Positions 12,151 to 23,560 of a stretch of 64,000 nucleotides of DNA are shown here, piece after piece. Every line of letters begins with the position of its first letter. The stretch's first letter is position 1. The notes below the pieces were generated by a model. That model was not told the origin of the DNA, made no database searches, and saw only the letters and a list, made by a program, of their open reading frames with translations. The stretch is from Octopus vulgaris (lineage: Eukaryota), in the NCBI GenBank assembly GCA_951406725.2, contig OX597821.1, positions 84,816,001-84,880,000 on the forward strand. The letters run 5' to 3'. The translations under genes were made by a program, and so were the position numbers.

Positions 12151-12623
12151 AGAGAGAGAGAGAGAGAGTTTACTTTTGCGATAAAATTTGAATCACTTTG
12201 GAAGAACCTTGGAAGAACTTTCTGGGGTTATTAATTAATTTGACCAACTTGCCGTGTTTTTGAACTGTCTGCTCAATCTACTGTGATGTGTTGGTGACTG
12301 GTGACATTTGAAGAACCAAAACAAACCCTGTCGTCATGAACGTTCGACCCTAGACACAATCCCATGGAGTTTCATCCTTTTCCCGTCACACCTATATCAG
12401 TTGTTTCAAGTTTCGTACATAATGACATTATTACTGAAAAAATGAAGTTAATGAATGTACAATAGAATTACGTGTATTACAATTAATGAAATATTGCGTG
12501 TAATATAAGAGAAATGAGTTAAAGACTGCTTGGTATGTGTCACGGCACCACTTTTTTATGCGCCCGCTCCTCTTAACTCTACAAACTGGTTATGCTTTTG
12601 TGTATATATAAGCTGTGTGTGTA

Positions 12624-12664
<41 letters not shown>

Positions 12665-12666
<2 letters not shown>

Positions 12667-12855
12667 TTGTTTCAGTCATTTGACTGCGGCCATGCTGGAA
12701 CACCGCCTTTAGTCGAGCAAATCGACCCCAGGACTTATTCTTTGTGAGACTAGTACTTATTCTATCGGTCTCTTATGCCGAACTGCTAGCTTACGGGGAC
12801 GTAACCACACCAGCATCGGTTGTCAAGTGATGTTAGGGGAAAAAACACTGACACA

Positions 12856-12915
<60 letters not shown>

Positions 12916-13074
12916 CGGCAGGCTTCTTTCAGTTTCCGTCTACCAAATCCACTCACAAGGCTTTGATCAGTCCGAGGTTATAGTAGAAGACACTTTCCCA
13001 AGGTGCCACGCAGTGGGACTGAACCTGGAACCATGTGGTTGGTAAGCAAGCTACTTACCACACAGCCACTCTTG

Positions 13075-13077
<3 letters not shown>
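12665..13077 (-). mobile_element. SINE family A, full length
   Basis: Reverse-complement copy. Confidence 0.9.
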
Positions 13078-13125
<48 letters not shown>

Positions 13126-13310
13126 TACAAAATTAGAAAATGGAGAAACATACTTAAATCAATCAAACATCAACCATCAGATGATACCCAATCAATACTT
13201 TATTACACCATTACATAACAGCAAAGGCATTATACAAAATATATTGTAAATATAATTAGACAAGGAAATAGAAATATAAAATATAAAATATAATATATAG
13301 TTATATCATA

Positions 13311-13423
13311 TCTGACAGCTGTTTCGGCCGTAAGGACGAGTATGCCTCATTTAACCTATAAGCCATATAAGGCAGGTATAAATGAGACATTAACAAGGAT
13401 GTCCCACGGCCTCTTCAGAGAAT
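13311..13423 (-). ncRNA. Hammerhead ribozyme motif with long stem II
   Basis: Minus strand: ucu-CUGAAGA-ggccgugggac...guccuuacggcc-GAAA-cagcu-GUC-aga. Inner stem ucucauuua/uaaaugagg. Confidence 0.75.
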
Positions 13424-13456
13424 TTAATTTATTATAAGTGTGAAAAAAATTATACA

Positions 13457-13527
<71 letters not shown>

Positions 13528-13542
13528 ACATATATACGTACA

Positions 13543-13619
<77 letters not shown>

Positions 13620-13801
13620 GTTTAAATATTTGTTGTGCAAGATTTTTTATGTGAAGTCGTGTGTTGAAACAGATATTGTTTCTGGCCGAAATAAGATTAA
13701 GATTAATGTAAAAAATAAATAACACTGAAGCAAAATAACACCAAATATATAGTGCGTGTGTTTTTATTGGCTAAACTGGCAATATGACCATTCCGAAATA
13801 T

Positions 13802-13869
<68 letters not shown>

Positions 13870-14045
13870 GTTTATATATTTGTTGTGCAAGATTTTTTAT
13901 GTGAAGTCGTGTGTTGAAACAGATATTGTTATATTTCGGAATGGTCATTTTGCAAGTTTAGCCTATAAAAACATACGCACTATATATTTGGTGTTATTTT
14001 GCTTCAGTGTTATTTATTTTTTACATTAAACTTGATCTTATTTCG

Positions 14046-14090
14046 GCCAGAGTTCTTTCGTCACACTCCTGTGACCGCATCAGTGGTCCT
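14046..14090 (-). ncRNA. Variant hammerhead-like motif in the inverted pseudo-LTR
   Basis: Inverted copy of 15898-15942. Confidence 0.5.
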
Positions 14091-14573
14091 TTGTTTTCTT
14101 CTTTCTTATTTGTGTGTCTCCTTACTAACCGTCAGCCATTTTGTATTTCTATTGTATGTCTTCATTTGCGCATGCTTATATCTCTATGTGCGTCTATGTT
14201 TATTTAGTGTGTGGTGGGGGGATGCCTGTAATATTTGTATCTTCTGTTTATATACGTTCATGTAATTTGTTTTTGTTTATTCTTATTTTGTTCATGTGTT
14301 TACATCCACTTATTATTATCATTACATATGCTTGTATGTATGCATGTATAACAACAATACTAGTAATAATAATAATAAATAAATAAAAACTTATATAGTT
14401 ATTTATTTCTATTTGTTTATTTATCTATGTATTTATTATGTTTTCGGGATCTTCTACTGTCGTATGTTGTGGTGTGTGCTAGTGTTCCATTCTAGTTTCC
14501 TATTCAGGATAGGTTTATTTTCTATTATGTGTGTAGCTTCTGTAATTAGTCTTATTGTTGCATCTGTTTTATG

Positions 14574-15465
14574 GCTAGAAATTGTGAATAATAAAACCCA
14601 AATCCTTCATTCGTACTATGCCAAACCTATGGCCTCAAAATACTTGATCCACCGGAACACAGCCATTGCGGACAATGCCAAATTCAATATTTTGATGGCA
14701 GACCTCGTCAGAATGATGAGAAATGTGTCACGCATGTTCGAGCCTACAGAATTAAAGAGTCACATACAATATTTCATTCACCGCATGCAGTTTTCAGGTT
14801 ACAGCTATAAAGAAAGGATCAGAGTATACAAAGGAGCCATGAAGAAATTTGATAGTATATTATGTAATGATAGGAATGGGATTTGCCCACTCTATAGGAA
14901 CAAGTCATGGAACACTATAGAAAGGACAAAAAAGAAAATAAGGAAGGCCAACTCTTGGTATGATAGCCATAAATACCAGAGTATCATGTTCGCTGACATT
15001 ACCCCTGGAGGTGAACTGGCGTACCGCTTTAGAAGGACCCTAGACAAACTTAAGCTAAGGATTAAGGTTGTTGAAAAGGCAGGCAACCCTATCAAATCTA
15101 TAATTGGTAGAACCTATCCTTTTAGTAGAACCCCCTGTACGGATAAGTACTGTACTGTATGTAGATTTAGCCCACAAACAAACTGTAAAGCCAGAAATGT
15201 AGTCTATAGTATAAGATGTATAGAGGGACGATGCAGTAACAAGACAACGACATACGTAGGAGAAACGGCAAGAAGCATAGGAGAGCGGGTAAATGAACAT
15301 TGAAGAGAACTCAAGGAAGGTAAAAGCTCATCGATTCTGTACCAACACGCCGAACATGAACACGGGGGATCAATCAACAACATAGAAATTAAAATATTGT
15401 CCACACATAAAACAGATGCAACAATCAGACAAATTACAGAAGCTACACACAATAGAAAATAAACC
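14574..15465 (+). pseudogene. PLE ORF C-terminus: RT thumb, Cys linker and GIY-YIG endonuclease
   Basis: YAKPMASKYLIH...RMQFSGY...CTDKYCTVC...CKARNVVYSIRC...C...YVGETARSIGERVNEH*, continuing in frame as RELKEG..ILYQHAEHEH...RQITEA. The first ~54 aa of the ORF-track entry come from the inverted arm. Confidence 0.85.
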
Positions 15466-15897
15466 TAGCCTAAATAGGAAACTAGAATGTAACACTAGCA
15501 CACACCACAACATATGACGGTAGAGGATCCCGAAAACATAATAAATACACAGATAAATAAGCAAATAGAAATAAATAACTATATAAGTTTATTTTTTTTT
15601 GATTTATCATTATTATTACTAGTATTGTTGTTATACATACATACAAGCATATGTAATGATACAAGCATATATAATAAGTGGATGTAAACACATGAACAAA
15701 ATAAGAATAAACAAAAACAAATTACATGAACGTATATAAACAGAAGATACAAATATTATAGGTATCCCACACACACACACTAAATAAACATAGATGCACA
15801 TAGAGATATAAGCATGCGCAAATGAAGACATACAATAGAAATACAAAATGGCCGACGGTTAGTAAGGAGACACACAAATAAGAAAGAAGAAAACAAA

Positions 15898-15942
15898 GGA
15901 CCACTGATGCGGTCACAGGAGTGTGACGAAAGAACTCTGGCC
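15898..15942 (+). ncRNA. Variant hammerhead-like motif in the PLE pseudo-LTR
   Basis: ggacca-CUGAUGC-g-gucac-aggagu-gugac-GAAA-gaa-CUC-uggcc. Core position A9 is C. Confidence 0.55.
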
Positions 15943-16060
15943 GAAATAAGATCAAGTTTAATGTAAAAAATAAATAACACTGAAGCAAAATAATACCAAA
16001 TATATAGTGCGTGTGTTTTTATAGGCTAAACTTGCAAAATGACCATTCCGAAATATAACA

Positions 16061-16139
<79 letters not shown>

Positions 16140-16420
16140 TGTATGTATGTATGTATGTATGTATGTATGTATGTATGTATGTATGTATGTATGTATGTGT
16201 ATATATCTATGTGTGTGTGTGTGTGCGTATGAATGGAACAAAAACGCAATAGAGTACAATAAAACATCCGGACAGATATACGATACAAGGCGGGCAAGAG
16301 AAATAACAATTAGAAGGACAGGCAAAAGAAAAAAAAGACGTGGCCTTCTTTCCTCAGTCAAGTCCAAGAATTCACGACCGTTTCGGGCAGTTATATAAAT
16401 ATATATAAATACATATATAT

Positions 16421-16489
<69 letters not shown>

Positions 16490-16544
16490 TGTATGTATTT
16501 GTATATATATATATATATAGTATCTCTCTCTCTCTCTCTATTTA

Positions 16545-16582
<38 letters not shown>

Positions 16583-16656
16583 TAAGAATGATAGATAGAT
16601 AGATAGATAGATAGACAGACAGACAAACGGACAGACAGACAGACAGACAGACAGAC

Positions 16657-16740
<84 letters not shown>

Positions 16741-16809
16741 GTCTGAGTGGACAAACGAAAGAAAAGAGCACTCAACACATTTAGTAGGAATTACGTGTAT
16801 TATTTAAAA

Positions 16810-16949
16810 AAGTTTGATCAACCACATGGATCTGGGTTCAGTCCCACTACGTGGCACCTTGGGCAAGTGTCTTGTACTGTAGTCTCGGGTCTACCAAAGC
16901 ATTTGATTGGATTTGGTAGACGGAAACTAAAAGAAGCCCGTCGTATATC

Positions 16950-16993
<44 letters not shown>

Positions 16994-17200
16994 CTTGTCT
17001 GTCTGTGTTTTTGTTCCCTCACCATCGCTTGACAACCGATGTTCGTGTGTTTAGGTTCCCGTAACCTAGCGGTTCGACAAAAGAGACCGATAGAATAAGT
17101 ACTAGGCTTACAAAGAATAAGTCCTGGGGTTGATTTGTTCGACTAAAAGCGGTGCTCCAGCATGGCTGCAGTCAAATGACTGAAAGAAATAAAAGAAAAA
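16810..17200 (+). mobile_element. SINE family A, near full length
   Basis: B box, core and tail match the family. Confidence 0.85.
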
Positions 17201-17225
17201 TAACTGTTTTAAATAATATAAATAT

Positions 17226-17391
17226 AGGCGCAGGAGTGGCTGTGTGGTAAGTAGCTTGTTTACCAACCACATAGTTCCAGGTTCAGTCCCACTGCATGAC
17301 ACCTTGGGCAAGTGTCTTCTACTATTGCCTCGGGCCGACCAAAGCCTTGTGAGTGGATTTGGTAGACGGAAACTGAAAGAAGCCCGTCGTA

Positions 17392-17392
<1 letters not shown>
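17226..17392 (+). mobile_element. SINE family A, 5' half (3' half probably at 19693-19876)
   Basis: Head and core end at the internal (TA)n tract, after which a PLE follows. Confidence 0.85.
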
Positions 17393-17466
<74 letters not shown>

Positions 17467-17481
17467 GACGGGCTTCTTTTA

Positions 17482-18644
17482 ATTTAGCGAACAAGGATAA
17501 TTATCGGTCCGGGGGATCTCACACTAACCCAAAACCCGTTATTCATCCGAGAATCACCCACCCGAATGCGAGAGCTGGCGTTCCGACCCATCACATAGAT
17601 AGAAATAAGCATATATGGTTTGTAATTCCCTTTGGTAAGCAGATTAGAACTAACCTCCCCCTCATGTTTCGACAAGCCATCGCCAATAACTTCCCCAGAA
17701 ATTCCAAATATTACTCCACGGTTAACTCGCATAAAGTTAGGATAGCTTTCTCCAACACTAAAAACCTCGCCCAGATAATCGCCTCCCATAATAATAGGCT
17801 GCTTACTAAGACCCTATCACCTTTTTCCGGAGGCACAGCTTCTACCGCTCCCGGTTTAATGCTCAGTAGGAATAATAATAGTAGTAATAATGATATGAGA
17901 GCCAGTACAGTGACTCATAATCTCAGCTCCAACCAGGGATTATATACTAGGGGTATAGTTATAAATAGGGGTGTTGTAATTGACGGTAACAATGGCAGTA
18001 GTGAGGTGAGCGCAGCTCGGCTCGTTAGGGTAGAGAGTCCCAATAGCAACCCCAGCATCGTTTCCGGCAATAGCAGCACCACGGGCACTAGCAATGACAG
18101 CACTCTGATAGATAGTGGAGAATCAGGGGTTATTCCGTTAGTTAATAGTGACGTAGTGGAAAATAAAGTAGTAAGCGGCTGCAGTTCTCGCAACAAATAT
18201 AGTGACAGTAACGCAGTTCTAATTTCAGAAACTAATCCTAGCAGAATAAGATTCACGTCGGCGAACTTCAAGATCAGAAACGCCGTCTACCAATGCAAGG
18301 TTTACACGGACTCAGGTGTCTACGCTTATGTCGGGGCCTCATCGTCAAGATTGGCTTTACGAATCTCCAACCATTACGCAACTTTTCGAGACATGAATAA
18401 ACGCCAGACCACGGGGCTTAGCAAGCTAATATGGCGATTGAAGAATACGAACTCAAGCTACAGGCTGGAATGGTCAATTTTGTCGGTGGCCTTCCCATTT
18501 GATAGGGGCAGAAGGAAGTGCAACCTTTGTGTCTCCGAACTCTTCCATATATTGTTCGCCAGAGACCGGATGGTAAACGGACTTTTACAGTCGGCTTTTC
18601 GATGCCCCCATTGGCGGCGTTATACTTATCTTGCTTATAAATAA
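17482..18644 (+). CDS. PLE ORF C-terminal part with GIY-YIG endonuclease (open, no native start)
   Basis: RNKHIWFVIPF...NLAQIIASHN...NAVYQCKV...YVGASS...RISNH...TGLSKLIWRLK...W.I...CNLCVSE...RCPH. The N-terminal ~80 aa of the 466-aa ORF entry are SINE and microsatellite read-through. Confidence 0.8.
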
Positions 18645-19315
18645 CGCTTATAAATAATACCTGCACCCGGTTACACTACTTATATGAAAATAGCCTTTGG
18701 TAATAAATTCTGAAAAAGCCTTTAAGAGAAATATGATTAACCATTGCAAGGGGAATTACTCCTGTGAGATGAATGGGGCTTTGTTTTTGACGACGGGGGG
18801 TTTCTTTGACAAGGCATGATTAGACGAACACACGCACACATAAAATATTTTTCTGCCGCCCGACGGATTTTACAGCAGTGACCATTGTGTAGAGCTGTTT
18901 ACCAACTGACAGCCGCGCGATCAAACGCACACACGTACATATAAAAGGTTTTCTACCCCTTGACGGATTTCTCAGCAGTGACCGGAATGTAGCGCTTCTT
19001 ACCAACTTGCGCCCGCACACATATATAGAACAGTAAACACACACATGTCTCTAAGTAGATTTTGTCTCGCCCCATATAATACATATAATATTCTTTAAAT
19101 AGTCAGAACTTTACTCTCGGTCACAAAGAACATCTACACACCCCGTGCCCTCACCCACCGGAATGACCGCTGCCTGACCCGTTAAAATCTTCAACGCACC
19201 CACCACCCGTTTTCAACATACACTGATAAACAGTTTGGCCATGGGCTCTTAGGAGCCTAGTTCGATTTGTTTTGCTCCGCCTCTGTTCTGTTTTTGTTTT
19301 TTCCAGCGGATTTCC

Positions 19316-19405
19316 TATTTCTTCCTGAAGAGAAAGACACAATATGGTCTCATTATTCAATCGGAATTTGGTAAATTGTGCCTTTCGAAACACGTGTAGA
19401 ATGAA
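19316..19405 (+). ncRNA. Type I hammerhead ribozyme motif
   Basis: uuc-CUGAAGA-gaaag.cacaau...auugug.cuuuc-GAAA-cacgu-GUA-gaa. Palindromic stem III cacgug. Confidence 0.8.
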
Positions 19406-19610
19406 ATAAAACGATTTCTGTTCAATCTTCGTTCAACTCCATTTCTTCAATTCACTAATAATATTAAAATTCAATTATCCGCACCAACGCACGGTTGCAA
19501 CACCATATGGTTGTACCTCCAACCGTGCTGTCTTCTGCTGTGATTTCTGCTACCAAGGTATCGGTTAAACTTTTGATTAATCTGCAACAAGATTATTCAT
19601 CTTTCTATTT

Positions 19611-19682
<72 letters not shown>

Positions 19683-19692
19683 TGTGTGTGTT

Positions 19693-19876
19693 TGTGTGTC
19701 TGTGTTTGTCTCCCTAGCATTGCCGATGCTGGTGTGTTTACGTCCAATAAGAGACCAATAGAATAAGTACTGGGTTTACAAAAGAATAAGTCCCGGGGTC
19801 GAGTTGCTCGATTAAAGGCGGTGCTCCAGCATGGCCGCAGTCAAATGACTGAAACAAGTAAAGGAGTAAAAGAGTA
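19693..19876 (+). mobile_element. SINE family A, 3' half
   Basis: tgtgtttgtctccctagcattg...cagtcaaatgactgaaacaagtaaag. Confidence 0.85.
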
Positions 19877-20497
19877 TAGATATATCGACCTATGCATGCG
19901 TACATATATGTGTTAGTGAGCGTGTGTGTGCGCGTGTTCCATGCTATATGGAAGCGGCGTTCCGGCATTTCTTTCTCTGCGAGGGCAGAATGGAACTGAA
20001 GTACGATATACACTCGCATACACGTATATTCTTGCACATGTCTGTACTCGTTACGGCTTTAATGTGTTCTACATACTTACGGGTTTCTATTATTACGTCT
20101 GTCGCTATTTTAGTTTGAACAGCACATATCAAAGGGATATGGGGAATACTTACATTCACGCATATATACAGACAGACAGACAGCGAAGCAGACAGGCAGA
20201 AGGACAGACAAGCAGACGGATCGACAGACATTGACATAAATACATGTATGTATATATGTATGTATATATGTATGTATGTGTACTTGTGTGGAAATTTCGA
20301 TTACTCACATACTTGAAGAACAGTTGGTTTCAGCAACAGATGCAAAACATTCTGGGTGGGTGCTGAAGGTTTTCGCACACCCGTCATGTAAAAATAACTT
20401 AGTGTAATACTGGCTCTAATAGTTTATACGTAGCTTACATTTATACGGCTAGTGTCTATGGTATATCTATATGTGTAATATATCTATATGTGTAATA

Positions 20498-20636
<139 letters not shown>

Positions 20637-20781
20637 ATATGTATATGTATATGTATATATATATATATGTATATATATATGTATATGTATATATGTATAT
20701 ACATATATATGTGTGTGTATGTATATATGTATAGATAGATAGATACATACATACATACATATACATACTTGTATGTATATG

Positions 20782-20830
<49 letters not shown>

Positions 20831-20988
20831 GTTGTTTAAAAAAATGTCCATTTCCTCGGTTTTGTGTTTATGTTTTCGTTTCTCATTGTGTTCGACGTTT
20901 TTTTGGTGTCCTGTACCCATATATGCATGTATTTATATACATGTAGAGGTAGGTACGTACATATATGTATGTATATATGCATGTTTTA

Positions 20989-21059
<71 letters not shown>

Positions 21060-21453
21060 GTGTGTATGTATATACATATGTATTTACGTGCTTGTGTATA
21101 TGTTTATATGAATTTATATACATATTTCTATGCAAGTATTTAAGCTCTTTAAGCTCTCTACAGAGATATGTAACCAGCTTATTTCGGTTGCTGTTTAGGC
21201 TTACTCATTCAAGAGACTTAGATTAAGGAGATATTTTTCAGTGTATCTAGGAGTACATTTAACCAGTGTATCACCATCGACCGCAGGTGGATGTTCGCGA
21301 AACCTTGATTTACTACACTTTGTGCGCAAACATGTACGCATGCTAAAGTGTATATGGGTGTACGTACTCACACACACGTACATGTACATACATACATACA
21401 TACATACATCTTACACACACACAAGCACACACACATACACACACTCACACACA

Positions 21454-21494
<41 letters not shown>

Positions 21495-21544
21495 ACGCAC
21501 GCACATGAATATACAAATAGTTAGTTACACAAATATGTTCATAT

Positions 21545-21745
21545 CTTTTATCCTTTACTTGTTTCAGTCATTCGATCTGCTGCCAATCTGGGGCACAGCT
21601 TTGAAAGGTTTTAGTCGAACGAACCGAACCCCGTACGGTACTTGTATTGTTTTAAAAGCTACGTAGTTATTCTATCGATTTCTTTTACGGGAACGTAAAC
21701 AAAACAACAACGGTTGTCAAGCCGTGGTGGGGGACAAACACAAAC
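21545..21745 (-). mobile_element. SINE family A, decayed 3' half
   Basis: ttttacttgtttcagtcatt...ggttgtcaagc...ggggacaaacac. Confidence 0.7.
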
Positions 21746-21761
21746 AGAAAAGAAGAGATAA

Positions 21762-21995
21762 AAAGGCGGCGAGCTGGCAGAAACGTTAGCTCGCCGGGCG
21801 ACATGCTTAGCGGTATTTCGTCTGCCGCTACGTTCTGAGTTCAAATTCCGCCGAAGTAGACTTTGCTTTTCCTCCTTTCGCGGTCGATAAATTAAGTACC
21901 AGTTACGCACTGGGGTCGATATAATCGAATTAATCCGTTTGTCTGTCCTTGTTTGTCCCCTCTATGTTTAGCCCTTTGTGGGTAATAAAGAAATA
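21762..21995 (+). mobile_element. SINE family B, full length
   Basis: Near-identical to 9208-9440. Confidence 0.9.
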
Positions 21996-22037
21996 AGAAA
22001 AGCACAGATACATGTATGCATACACACACACACACAT

Positions 22038-22069
<32 letters not shown>

Positions 22070-22112
22070 GCATATGCACACACACTAGCACACGCACACG
22101 CACTTACAGACA

Positions 22113-22290
22113 CTTGGCTTAGTAGTTAGAGTATACGACTCACGATCGTAGGGTCGTGAGTTCGATACCCGGCACTGTGTTGTGTCTTCAGGCAACACAC
22201 TTTATTTCATGTGGTTCCAGTTAACTCACCTGACAAAAATGAGTAGTACCTGTATTTCCAAGTGTCAGCCTTGTCACATTTTGTGTACGC
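22113..22290 (+). mobile_element. tRNA-derived SINE with CORE-like domain (older family)
   Basis: A box ggcttagtagtt, B box gagttcgatacc, then tgtgtcttcaggcaacacacttta. Confidence 0.6.
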
Positions 22291-22294
22291 ATGT

Positions 22295-23560
22295 CTACGG
22301 TGTACTCTGCCATTTGCAACTTGGATAAAAATGTCGAAGAGTGACGAACTATTCGATGTTTCTATGGGGTCATACGATAGCACAAACATATGCGATCTAG
22401 TGGGCTTATATATATATTGCATACACTACATTATAATTAAGAGGTGTCACATGGCCTAGTGGTTAGAGCAGCGGACTCGCGGTCGAGGGATCGCGAGTTC
22501 GAATCTCAGACCGGGCTCCACGCGGCTCCGGTAGAAGGTAATGGCGAACTTCTGCTAACTCTTTCGCCACAACTTTCTCTCACCCTTTCCTCCTGCATCT
22601 TGCAGCTCGCCTGCGACGGACCGGCGTCTCGTCCAGGTGAGGAACCTATACGCCAAGGAAACCGGGAAACCGGCCCTTATGAGCCAAACATAGCTCGAGA
22701 AAGAACAAACAAAACATTATAATTACCTATCTTATAATGTGGGACTATACCGGGATGATATATTTAGAAAGCGGTTAATTTCTCCTTTTTGTCATTTGGG
22801 GCTAAAAATTACTGTAACTACCTATCATTCTGTAGTTGATTATTTAGATTTGTCATTCGACCTAACTTCTTCCTCTTACAAGTCGTTTCATAAAATTTAT
22901 GGAAAACTTACATACCTAAGTAGTCTTGCCACCCATCGAGCGTACTTAGGAACTTAATAGAGAATATTAGCAAAAATGTGTCAGCTCTCTCGTCTTCTGA
23001 GGAAATTTTTAATAAGGCCACACCATATTACAATAAAGCTTTTTGCTAACAGCGGATTTAGAGAAAAATTAGTTTACAAGTCCCCTTGTAATGATAGTCT
23101 AAACACCAATAGTGATAAAACAAAGAGTAAGAATAGGTCTAGAAATATTATTTGGTTTGTCCCTCCTTTTGCCCTCAAACATTGGCAAGAAATTCCACGT
23201 GCTTTTAGATAAGCACTTCCCGGGTGACCATAAATCCAGGAAATTGTTCAATATGAATTCGGTGGAAAACATTATCACACGAAGCAAATGCCAGAAGAGT
23301 GAAGCTGGCTGTAATTGTCTTGAATCTGAGTCTTGTCCACTTGATAAACTATGTATGACAGAGTCAGTTATATACGCAACTGATGTGATTGTAACCTCCA
23401 ACAACAATAACATAACCGAAAAGACATATATCGGGTTATGCGAAGGAACGTTCAAAAAGCGTTATGCAAATCATTTATCAACATTCCGTTACAGCTTATT
23501 TGGGATACAGCTTATTGAAGGATAGAAATCTACGATATCAAATTGAGTCAATTTGGAAGA
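22295..23560 (+). mobile_element. Decayed Penelope-like element (RT to GIY-YIG), interrupted by a SINE
   Basis: LFDVSMGSYDSTNICDLVGLY, GLYRDD, VDYLDL, RNIIWFVPP, IGKKF..LLDKHFP, CNC..ESCPL..C, TYIGLCEGTFKKRYANH. Confidence 0.85.
22440..22713 (+). mobile_element. SINE family C (tRNA head) with 12-bp TSD
   Basis: Head tggcctagtggttagagcagcggactcgcggtc...gttcgaatc. TSD acattataatta at 22428-22439 and 22714-22725. Confidence 0.85.

Larger units (their letters stand above)
13617..16060 (+). mobile_element. 5'-truncated Penelope-like element with inverted pseudo-LTR
   Basis: 13927-14573 is an inverted copy of 15406-16060 (~650 bp). An extra partial terminal copy lies at 13681-13806. Flanked by (TA)n, with an RT-thumb plus GIY-YIG ORF between the arms. 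Confidence 0.9.
17482..19480 (+). mobile_element. 5'-truncated Penelope-like element (Hydra-clade-like) with 3' UTR and hammerhead
   Basis: ORF runs to 18644, followed by a long 3' UTR with an imperfect direct repeat (~18862-18915 / 18962-19015) and a hammerhead at 19316-19405. Confidence 0.85.

Noticed and set aside
15301-15303. In-frame TGA in the PLE endonuclease as possible selenocysteine
   Set aside because: Single TGA at a non-Cys position (after EH), no SECIS recognised, and a further frameshift downstream; simple decay is more likely.
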